Assembly: GCA_903813345.2 (NCBI GenBank)
Contig: CAIIXF020000001.1
Location: forward strand, 27,280,001 to 27,344,000
DNA length: 64,000 bases
Direction of reading: 5' to 3'
From: Owenia fusiformis
Lineage: Eukaryota
Positions 1-12,000 of this stretch are shown here, one piece after another. The notes beneath the pieces are model-generated. The model had not been told where the DNA came from, did not search any database, and worked only from the letters and a program-made list of their open reading frames with translations. The first letter of the stretch is position 1. Every line of letters begins with the position of its first letter. The translations under genes were made by a program, and so were the position numbers.

Positions 1-32
1 ATGCATGAGATATATAATATACTATGTTGCAG

Positions 33-3000
33 ATTGAGGAGGGGTACCAAGTTCTACAGAATACAGTGAAACACAAAGAGACCAATATGCCAGAGAAGAC
101 AAAGGAGAGATACCTGCTTGATGGTGCCATACAGAGGCTGCTATCCCGCTACGCAACCCTGACCCCCCACAAACTTAATGTCTCACCCAAGATTGGAGAC
201 AATGCTCTAGATTTTGCTTTTGAAGCTGTGAGGTCCAACTCAGCAGTTGTGAATTTTGTAGTGAAGGGCATCTCTTCTCAGCAGCCTGATATGAGTTTTA
301 CTCAAGGTATGTGAGACTTATACAGGGTGAATATGAGCTTTATTCAAAGTATGTGAGACTTAACCAGGGTGAATATGAGCTTTATTCAAAGTATGTGAGA
401 CTTATACTAGGTGAATATGAGCTTTATTCAAAGTATGTGAGACTTATACAGGGATGAGCTTTATTCAAGGTATGCAAGACATATACAGGGTGAATATGAG
501 CTTTATTCAAGGTATGTGAGACTTATACAGGGTGAATATAAGCTTTACTCAAATATTAATTGCATGTGAGCTCATTACTGACAAATTCATTTTTATTGCC
601 TTGAACAGTGCTATATTGCCATCAGCATGTGCTTATTAGCAGGCTCAGTGGCACAAGAAATCTTGTCATCAAGAGAATAAGAAAACTTTTCATCCATTTA
701 ACTTGAAACTTTTACAGACACATCTCTAAAATCTACAAGGTGCCCACATTGGTTTATCCATGCAAAATGTATATTTACAAAATTCAAGTTGTCTCATGTT
801 ATTGACCTTTATATGTTGAAATTCAAAAATCCCTGCATATTGAATAGTATGAGCCTATGAGGTGACATATTTTTCATATTATATTAATATAATGTCTTGT
901 TGTTATGTTGATTTTTCAGCTGAAAACAGTAGTTCTCAATGGCATGTAGTTTGTGAGCTGTTGGCTTCTTTACAACATCTTGTTCATATCTACATCACCC
1001 TAGGTCTCCCCAAAGAAGCTCTTTTCTTTTCCAAGGAGGCTCTGAAGTATGCTAAAGCATTCAATATTCCTCGCAGGTTAGTTAACATTTTCTCAATAAT
1101 GTTATCTTTTGTGGAATATTTCGTTATAATAACTGATGCTTAATATATGTTGTAATTAATAGTTACAGTTTCTCAAGATAAACAACTGACTCATTGCTTA
1201 TATTATTATGTCACCACCACAAGTTTTGACATATTATTATGGTCTCCAACTTTTTTTTGTGGACGATGTTCTGCAGTTGATGCTTTGCAGTTGGAGGTCT
1301 GTGTCTGTAAGAAATGGCAGGTGGTGACATTTTTCATGTTAATTTTTTGTATTATTTTGTGTCACTGTTAGAAAGTTCTATGTCAGAATAAAACAATATC
1401 ATTTCATATTACATTTCAGGATAGCGGAAATAAAGTTGCTGAGTGCCCGTGTGCTGTACCTTAGTGACAAGTTCACAGATAGCAATGCTGACCTCAATGT
1501 CGTCAAGTATGTTCTAGGCTCACAGATCAACAAATCAAACAAGAAGTTGAAGAATAACAAAAACATCAAACAGCAACTGAAGAAAGAACTAGATGATATT
1601 TGTAGCGAAGATGAAGATTTTATTCAGTCAAAAAAACTGAATGAAGAGGAAGGGCCTTGGATGAAAAATAAAAATTTGGTAGCTTCGCCAAAACTTTTAA
1701 ACAAAACAAAAGTGTTACCTGACTATGCTGAGCATACTACTAAGTGTACTTGTGAGTTATGTTCTGATATAGGACTCCATCACTTGACCCTGCAGTCCCT
1801 GATTTGCAATGTGGAGACCCTGTTCCTGCAGGATGTTGAAACCAAAGAACCTCTTGCAATGGCTTTCCAGTTTTATAACATTATCAAAACTAGAGATCAA
1901 GAATTGCCTAAGATATTATCGATAGATTGCAGTACATCAAACAAAACTGATAAATTTGAGGTGAACAGCATTGACTATACACCTGAGCTTATATCACTGC
2001 ACAACATAGCTGCTAAAATATCCCTTGAGGAGTTAGACTATGATGCTGTTCATGTGCACACAAAGAAAGGACTTGAATTACTTAATACAGTCGACAACCC
2101 AGAGAGAGTCGAGATTGCTAACAATCTAGAGGCAGAACTCATGTATACAAATGCTTTGGTAGATCTTCAGAAAGTTCTATGTGAGACTGACTTTGAAAAT
2201 CTAGAAGAACACATTGAGAGTGTCTATTTAGGGGAAAAACAAAGCATACAGGAACAACTTGTTGCAGATTTTGAAAAAATTAACCTCGATTGGAAACAAA
2301 ATCAAAATGACCAGTGTGCCAATAAAATTAAGGAGGGAGATGGTAAAACATTGGGAGATAGAAATGTGAAATCATTGGATGTCCAACCCTGTGCTGTTTC
2401 ATCTTTCAAGACACCAGCTAGGAAGATCCCATCTAGATCAACAATAAGAAAGCCCAGGGTAATGGAATTAAAGGAAGAATTGGGTATTGACAGCCCCATA
2501 CCCTTTGAAACCCCACAAGCCAGTTTGGAAATTCCAAATAGTGTTAAGTCAAAGAAGCGTGGAGGACGTCCTAAATCTGGTACAACTATTAAGAAAAATG
2601 ATGTGTCTTTTCTAACTCCAACAAAAAACCCATTTAGTACAATCACTGCTTCAATGAAAAAACCAAGCATTAAAATCTATCATGATGAAGATGAAGAGAA
2701 CAACCCTAGGCTGGCAATGAAGACTCCTGTAGCTCAGAACATGACGCCCAAGACTCCTAGCTGTGCAAGCAGTCGTAAGACCATGTTAGATGAACTCCTT
2801 AACAGTGATAGTGAAGATGAATTACTAAAGACTAAAAAGGGAGCAAAAGGCAGAGGAAATGCTGTGAAACCAAAAGCTAAATCAACAGTAAGACGTGGAC
2901 GAAAGAGCACCAAACAAGAAGATGCTGAAAATAACACAATCGTTACACAATCCACAACCAAGGTTCAGCGTAACTCAAGGCTGCTCCAAACTATCAATGC

Positions 3001-6000
3001 TGATCTGACTCCTACAAGTAGCCCCGTTTCGAAATTATTCAAACCAGGAGCTCTTACACCATCAAAAATACCAATATTCTCAACACCCGAGAAATCTGAT
3101 AATGTTTATGATTTCCCTTACTCTGCTGAGAAACCCAAAGGCAAGAAGAAAGCAGTTCGAGCCACAAAAACTAAGAAACCAATCAAGCTTGTAGAAACTA
3201 CAGATATTGTTAACAGAAAAGATGACAAACTTAAAGCTGCAATTGCAGAGTTTAATGATGTTGACATGCATGATTTTATAATTGAAGATGAACCCGCGAT
3301 AAAACGTGTGAAGGCTGTACGAGCACCAAGGATGACACGATCTAAAGCGGGTCGGGCAGAAGATAACAGGGAGATTTTAGATGGTGACATCCATGTTGAT
3401 TTGAATGAATCCCTGTGTATTCCTGAGGAGGAAATTACTAGCCCTGTAGCTTCACACCAGGCCCAGAAAGAACAATCTCCAAATAATCACTCATTTGTAG
3501 AGGAAGTCACTACGGAACAAGCGCAATTTGTCCATATAGAACACATGCGTGGAGATGCACCTGATAACCTTCAAGATGACAATCTCAACCCAGTGAGTCC
3601 TTTATCTCTTCCACCAGATCAAAATCTTGATGATTCCACCGAAACACTAAGAGCTGATGATGACTCTGACACAGAGAACACAAAGCCAAGAGCAAGGAAA
3701 AAGCGTGGACCAAAAGCGAAAAAATCCACTGGGAAAAAGGAAGTGGAGCGTGGTGCTAACCTAGAAGAAAATGGTTCATGTGAGACACCAGAGAAGATAC
3801 CAAGAGGGAGGAATGCATCCAAGAAGAATCAGAAATCTGCTGCTGATAAAAGAAAGCCTAATTCAAGTAAGTTTACAGCATTGTGCGCAGAATTTTTCAT
3901 CTGATATAAAATAAGTACATGTTCATGATATAGAAGCAACATTGTAATTTTGCTTAAGAATATATTTTAGTTAATACACTTTTGAAGTTTTTATATCCTT
4001 ATTTATACTTTCATGTAAGTGTAGTGCATTGAGCTACTTTATATAATAGATGTGGTAATTGATTTTTCCATCTTTACTTACAGCTGTAATCAATGTGCCT
4101 GGGATGAAGGAGTTGTTTACAAAGATACAAGGTGATCCACCCTCTGTGCTATACAATCGAGTTTGCCATATTCTTGCCCTGGCCTCCCTGGATCAGCCCT
4201 CTCAGGCAGCATACTACCTTACTGAGGCTATGGGAGTCTCATTTAGACATGCTTTGTTGAACAATGCTGGGAAGAGATTAAAGTAAGATATTGTTATCAT
4301 AGCTTCTTTAGGGAAATATATACATCAGAGGTTTCATTTCAGCAGGCAACAGGCGGTTTTCTCCGGTTGTTTTCACAAAATTGCCTGTTGATTTCAGAGA
4401 CTTTTCAACTTTTCCATGTTAAATCTATGATTTACCCCTGTACATACTAGTAGAAGGCCTTAAAATAACTTGACAATAAAGTGTACAGCGTATATAATAT
4501 TCATACAGTAAAAAAAGGTATTCAAATCTGACCATAGATTTGACCTTCAATGACCTGCTCAAGGTCAAAAAAAGATTTGACCTTCAATGACCTTCTCAAG
4601 GTCAAAAAAGGTATTTTTTCAACTTGCTTCAAATTGATCAAATTGTTTTTCCAAAATCATCTTCAAGTTCTCAGAAGTTCAAATCTGACTTAAGATTTTG
4701 AGATTTCACCTTCAATGACCTGCTCAAGGTCAAAAAGGGTATTTTTTCAACTTGTTTCAAATTGACCAATTTTTTTTCAAAATCATCTCTACAAGTTCTC
4801 ACAAAATCAAATCTGACTTAAGATTTAACTCATAATATTGTGAACATGTGGTGACATGTTAATGCCTTGTTATTAATTTATTATGTTGCCACCAGCATTG
4901 GTGACATATTGTAATATTCTCCTTTTTTGTGGATGGTGATTGGTTTTTGGCATCTGTAATAAATGGCAGGTAGTGACATTTTGCATGTTAATGTTTCACA
5001 TTATATTTCACAATCAACTAAAAAATTGGTGTCACCAACCTCTTTTTTCACTCAAAGCTTGAACTTGTTTCTGTCTCATTTAATGACATATCCCATTGAC
5101 TTCATATTATCTCATATTATAGCCTCCTATGTGGCTATCCCTCAATTTTACACAAACACCATTGACCTAATTTTCAACACCATGTAATATTCACTTGAGG
5201 TAGATTTTATTGTATTAGGAAACTACAATTTTGCATTGTACTTTGGTTGCATTGTAAATCGTATTGGAATATCACAGTCTTTCATTCTGGTTTTGTAAAT
5301 CGCATCAAACTTCTTGTTTTGCTCAACTGTGAAATGATTCTGCCAGTCACCAATCACACCTGCAATTGAAAATGAATGCAGTCAGTTTAAGAACCAAGAT
5401 CTTGATAAAGGCAAGGCAAACTAAGACGACATGGAAAAAATGTACGGTTGTTTTAACATGTTTATATGGAAAACTGTGCGAGTGAATTTTATTTTCAAAT
5501 TTGGGCTATGCAATTTGGCTGAATATTGAAGAAGAGGATTTTACCCTTTCTAAACATACTGCTGTTCTTATCAGTCCTATGTGCTATAGTAGGATCCAGG
5601 GCCTTGTTGTTTCTCATCTTATCAATGCTACATGCCCTCTCCAGGTTCTGGTAAAAGTCTATAGGGTAAGACTGTCCCAGGAATTTTGCTATTTTCTTTG
5701 CACAGCCTTGGAAGTCCTGGAATTCATTGGATATGATAAAACAAGCTTAAATACACAGCATTCTAACATGTCAAGAAAGAGTAACTCTTCACAAGTATAT
5801 AGTGCCCTGGGGAAGTTTTTTGCACAATTTCAGAGAGTGATGACAATTTTATTTTAAATGAAAAAATGTTGATTTTCAAATTCAAGTGAAAAGCCAGCCA
5901 AAATTTTAAAGAGTATCAGAGGGTTTGTTGCAAAACTTTTAGATGCTGCTTCATTATGTGGACACTGGACACCATCACTTACTACAATAAGATCTTCATA

Positions 6001-9000
6001 TGACAGCATCAGTACATTAGGCCTGTCTTTACATCTGTTCCACCACTCTATAACACTGTCAAACCAGCTACCATACTAAGCTAGAAACAATGATAACTAA
6101 AACAATTATGTAGAAAAAAACAAACAAGAAGTACATGTGTAAGTGAATAACAAACACAAAAACTCAAACACAAAAGTATTTAATGAATGTTGAAAAAACC
6201 TGTTGTATTTAGACAAGATATACATGTTTTTAAAGTACTTAGTATGGTTCAATGCATCCTGAAGATGAGACGTCCTGTCAAATAATAACAAACAAGACTA
6301 TGTCATCAACATGACAGGTGAATTATTTTTGTAGCCTATACACATTACATGTTAATTACAAGAATTTTTCTACCACTAGTCAGCATGTCTAAGCCTCGAC
6401 AACGTACAGTGACAAAATAGGCCATCATACATTTTCAATGGTTAAGCGTGGTCACATGGTCCATGGGCCTTTCATTAGGACAATGGCCATTGGCCATATG
6501 ATGAGTAAAAAAAGAAATACATAAACATATATTAGACCTTACTTTTATGAAAGACTCTTGGATTAATTATGAAACTTTTTCTTGCGATAGCTTATGCATA
6601 TTCAGAGGCGTAGCGCCAGGTACACTGGGTACGCACAGGCGTACTAGATTGTTGCAAACTCTCCAAATACAACCAAATTTCCAAATTTTCCTGGGGGCGA
6701 ATCCCCAGAGACCCCCTAAACGCTGTTTTTTGCTTCTATCAACTCTTGTTCCCACTACAAGAGCTACGCCCATGACATTATACATGTACTTACATTCCCC
6801 AGAAAGGAAAACTTCAAGCCAATCATCCCATGTGCCTTTGTAACGATATGCCTTGTCTTGTTCCTTTATATGGTAGTAATATGAAACAGCTACGTCTTTG
6901 GGATTTCTATAGATATAAACTATCTTAGAACTGTTCAGTACTTTCTCACACATATCCTGGTATGATAAATGAGTCAGTATAGTTCTAGGTGATTCCAGTT
7001 GATTAAGCTCTTCAAGTTTAATAAATTCTAAAAATGCTTGAAGTTATGGTACATTTGGACTTTCTATTAATCCATTTCGGAGTATTCGTACTATTTCATT
7101 ACCCCAGTGATGGCCTGAAAATGAAGAGTGTTCATCTATAATAAATTTTCAATCATATAAGGTACAGCTGGAAAATAACATTTTGGGAAAAAATTGCTAT
7201 ACCTGCACATGTTATTTTCTGGTACAAAATTAAGTATGAATGCATGTGTGTATTTCCTTCCTTTTTTCAGGAAAGTATCATTACATTGTCTACTTTTAGT
7301 AAACCTGGAAACAGGTCAATGGTAGCTCCGTTGTCTGGAAACTTCAAAAAATAAAATAGAAAGCGTGAAATATCAGAATTTCCTGGAGTTCCCATTGAAC
7401 TCTTACCAGATTTACTAGAAAAGAAGACAATGTAATGATACTTTCCTGAAAAAAGCAAGGAAATTAACACATGCCTTCATACTTTATTTTGTACCAGAAA
7501 ATAACATGCGCAGGTATAGCAATTTTTTCCCAAAATGTTATTTTCCAGCTGAACCTTAATAGCTTAGTATGCTATAATTGGTACATGTATATAAAGTAAT
7601 AGCATTATATCAGAATAGTCCAAGATATATGGTAACTCTTAAACCTAGTACCAAAAGAATTTATACCAACCACTTTTGGGATATGATGATATGAAGACAT
7701 CATCAGGCCTCGGCGTATATTGTTTCCATATTCCAGCCACTGGCCCCATGATGTTGAATCAGCTTGGCCACGCATCTTGCTTCTCTTGAGTTTAGGCCAA
7801 AATGGTGGATAGATTTTGCCATTATGTCTCACAACAGTCAGCCAATGTATCACTTCAAATGGTGATCCCATTTGTGCATTTAAATTCTGAAAAAATGCCT
7901 GCTGTGTTGCTGAATTCACATTCGGCTGTTTTTCATTACAAAATGCCTGTATATGTTATCAGTGAAAACTTAGTTAAGTCAACACAGATATCGACCTATA
8001 CAGCCATACATTACATTTTTAGAAAAACAATGTTGAAGGTCACTGTGACATTGTGTACATATTGTATTTGTATTCACCACATAGTTTAGTACTAGGATGT
8101 TGTTTTAGTATTCTTTTCAAATAAAGATGTCACTGTTTATTGTTGATTTGATGAAAATATTGTTGCATATGCCTTATACCCTCGACCTCCCCAATAACCC
8201 ATAAACATGAAACAAAGATCTATGAATTTTTAAAAAATTTGCATATGACATAACTCTGGTGATATTTTGACATGTTAAGGCCAGAGTGAACTTTAGATTT
8301 TTTGGGTAATTTTGGAAAGTAAACCACTGAATATTCTAGTTATTCAAACATTCTGAAGCATTATCAACCCTCAATTAATAGTCTAGGTACACTAATGCAT
8401 ATTTTGTGCAAGAATGAAAGATGAAGATGATGTGTGGAATGAGTTATGTTTATCTAAAAAATAGCACATGGTCATGAAATTTCATCAAAGTGCACCCTGA
8501 CCTTAATGCAAACCAGATAATGCTAAACTACCCTCATAGTGAATAAAAATTGTTTTGTTTTAGGAAACTGTTGAAGGATAATGTGGGTGCAGTGGATGGT
8601 GAAAGAAAGAGGGTTGATTCCATGTGGAACCATGTACAGTTCAATAAAACAATGGAGGACCATACTAATATGGTTGACACTATCCCACAAGGTATTGAAC
8701 TTTTACTGTCTTGCATTGAGATTTTTTCTAAATTTATATTTATTTCTCATATTGCCTGTTAAAGGGTTCCGATTAGCATCCCGTATAAAAACAATATGGC
8801 GGCTCCAGGCGAATCAACTGGATCAGTCCATTTTTAAGAAATAAGGGGAGTTCTGTAAAATCCAGTTTATTGAAATTGTCTTTGAGATAAAGTAATCCGT
8901 TTATAATGATTTTGAAAACGTTATCCAAAGAGTGATTGCGTTCAAAGAATACATGTACAGCAGCCAATATAAATCCTTGTATTAGAAACCGGTTTGTCTT

Positions 9001-12000
9001 GCTTTGTTTCATTTGTAGGATATTTCATATGCCAAGCTGTGTGCTATTACGTTATGGGGAAATTTAGATGCCAATTTTTCCTTATTGTACACAAATAGAA
9101 GATCCTGAAACTTCACCCATAAATGTGGAATTGATTTGTCAAAATAAAAATCACCCTTTTATAAATGTGTGACGATCTGTAATATAATTATGCTATATAA
9201 CAGTTAGAGGTGTTGACACAACAACTTCGAACCTGTGAACCCTTGAGTATTATTCCGGGATCGGGCCTTTTATACTAAACGGTGAGCAACACAAGAAACG
9301 AGCGTTCGATTTGCTAAACGATATGCGTCACCCTTTAAGTATGTAGAATTTACAAAATGGATTGAAATGGATTAAAGTGACAGTGTCCATCCTGAATTTG
9401 ATAAGCAGACTGCATAATTTTCATTGACCTTCCCCTGATTTTTTGGTGGCATGCAAAAAAATATGCCCTGAAACTTACTATTTTTTGCATGTATGTATTC
9501 TCCAATGTCCTTACAGGTTTTCACGGGGACTGTATGACATTGCTTAATTGCTTACCTACATTGTATTTCTTTCCAGATTGGTCCGTGTGTCAGGTCTCTG
9601 TTATTGAACTTCCCAACTCTACAACACGCCAGATGTACGCCACAAGGTTCCGCAAGGGTGCAAAACCACTTATCGTACACCTACATGGGTTCCAGACATC
9701 ACAGGGGCAGAAACTATTAGATGCGTTCCATGAGATTATAGCTGAGAGTAAATCAAGTCTAGGACTCACTGATAGCATACAATGGTGGTCAAAGCGCAGA
9801 GGACTGGACGCACAGTTGAAAGTAAGAAGATGAATAGTCTGGCGTGGGATCATTTAATGAATAAATACATATCAATTATCATGTTTTAAAAACTTTTGGA
9901 AATTTCCTTTGTAACAGTGTGTGAAAATCCATTTGAGAATTCTTACTATGATGTCATGATATCCATTGACAATTGACTTCCAACAATTGTTAAGAATCAT
10001 ACTATTACGAAAATTTCTTGTAATGACCCCAGGATAGAAAAAATGACTCTGATTCAGATCCATAGATGCTGCTTTAAAACAAGAATGCTTCATGCTTCAT
10101 CATAAAAAATACTGTTCATTTAAATAATTCAATATCTTACTTATATTCTAAATACATGTATGTTATTACACTTATCTTGCTTAATATAAAACTTTATTAC
10201 ATTTCCAGCAACTTGTTCTGGACATGGAGAAGATTTGGTTTGGCTGTTGGAGAGGAATTCTCAAGGGTCAGTTGTGTGATAAATCAACACAGAACACAGT
10301 GAATGACACATTGAACACACTTGTTGAGACCCTGACACAACATGGGGTCATTGTGGATTCAAATCAACAATCAATGCTAGAGGTATGATGCCCATTACAT
10401 TCTCTCCTTTTAATTTTTCTCAAGTACTAGTAATATGCCATAGTTGTAAGGCCTTTAGTAATATGCCATAGTTGTTAGGCCTTTTAGACCATATTTGTTA
10501 AATGATTATTGTTTTGATAAAGGTGAATGATAATACCAGATGTATTATATGACATACCTTGCATTTGCTTTGAATGAACTGTGGCAATTAAATTTTTTAT
10601 TTAAATGATAATATACAAAGGGCAACATTTGAAGATATAAAACACCCAATAGAGAAGACCAATGTAATAAATGAATCATTTATAATTGTAAGATCATCAA
10701 ATGATTTGACAAAAATAGAAAGTGATTCAATGTTTTATTTTCTATAGATGCTTCTGGATTGTGAGACCTCGTACAGCGTGAATCAACTCCAGGCAATATT
10801 GAAGCATATCTTGGGCTCCAGTCAGTCAGATGAATGTGTTCATGCTGTTAAAGCTGCCATGGGAGCAAAATGGGAGACAAATGGGAAAAGACAACCTGTC
10901 GTTCTCATACTGGATAGGGTTAGTAAATGTAGCTTTTTATGTCTCACTGGGGTCAGATTTTGTAATGTCACAATGATTTTGATTGCAAGTCATTCTTCAT
11001 TTAAAAGTACTCAGTGGTACTCAATGGTTCTCTGGGAATCATTAAAATTGACCCTTTGTTTTGAGCAAATTTCCTAAATTGTATGTATTGTTTCCTAGTT
11101 GATCCAACATCTACCATGGGAGTGTATGCCATGTTTGAGCACCACACCCGTAACCAGGGTCCCCTCTTTACACTTCTTGTCTGCCCACTTGGCCCACCAG
11201 CAGTCCCTAGAGGACAATGTCTTCCAACGTGGTGTTGACCCAACTGATACGTTTTATGTGCTGGACCCTGAGGGCAACCTTGCCAACACTAAGGAGACAC
11301 TACAGGAATGGTTCAAAAAGTAAGTAGGATTAGTCTTGTCGTATTGATTTGATTTTGTGAGTACAACTTGTCTATGTAAGTTAATTTTATAAAAAACAAT
11401 TTTTGAAGTTCTCAAAACAATTTATTTTGTGTAATATTTTCTCAATGCAATTTATTCTGGAGCTGCAAACATTTGAGAATTTGAAAATCCCTTCGCACCC
11501 ACTTCAGATTGGAAAATCATAAAAATTGGAGAGTATGTGCATACAGTCTAACAAAAAATCCTGGAGAGAATACTCAAGTGCCCGACACACAATAATGATG
11601 CACTGTAAGTTATTATTGCTGACTCTAGTGTAATGTTGTACTCTTTAGGGAGAAGGGCTGGAATGGTGTTATAGGGAAACCTCCCACTGCAGATCAGTTC
11701 AAGGAAGGCCTCACCCAGCATGATATGCTTGTGTAAGTGGATATGTGGAAACATTTCTCTGGTATAATGGTATTTGATATATGGAAACATTTCTTTGCTA
11801 TACAGTATTTGATATTTGGAAACATTTCTTTGGTATAGCAATTGATATATGGAAACATTTCTCTGGTATAATGGTATTTGATATATGGAAACATTTCTTT
11901 GCTAAACAGTATTTGATATTTGGAAACATTTCTTTGGTATAGCATTTGATATATGGAAACATTTCTCTGGTATAATGGTATTTGATATATGGAAACATTT

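Larger units (their letters stand above)
5223..7871 (-). pseudogene. Cytosolic sulfotransferase (SULT1-like), nested antisense in a separase intron, apparently disabled; exons about 7871-7671, 7114-6794, 6080-5983, 5716-5545, 5359-5223
   Basis: PRPDDVFISSYPKSG-HHW (5'-PSB), PRTILTHL, IVYIYRNPKDVAVSYY (3'-PB), YGSWFD..WW, LSYEDL, FRKG-VIGDWQNHFT. GT-AG phase-compatible introns. In-frame TAA at 7044-7046, TAG at 6076-6078, and a frame change near 7760. Start position uncertain. Confidence 0.85.

Noticed and set aside
2302..3822. Minus-strand ORFs inside the large separase exon
   Set aside because: Antisense shadows of a long coding frame; no recognisable motifs.
5501..5857. Plus-strand 118-aa ORF as an extra separase exon
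   Set aside because: It is antisense to SULT exon 4, and separase exons 4084-4282 and 8564-8691 already join in phase.
6076..7046. Rescue of the SULT stops by A-to-I editing (ADAR nearby, antisense overlap, in-frame ATG at 7749)
   Set aside because: TAA needs two edits and TAG a third, and the N-terminal frameshift remains; ordinary decay is more parsimonious. RNA-seq at these codons would settle it.
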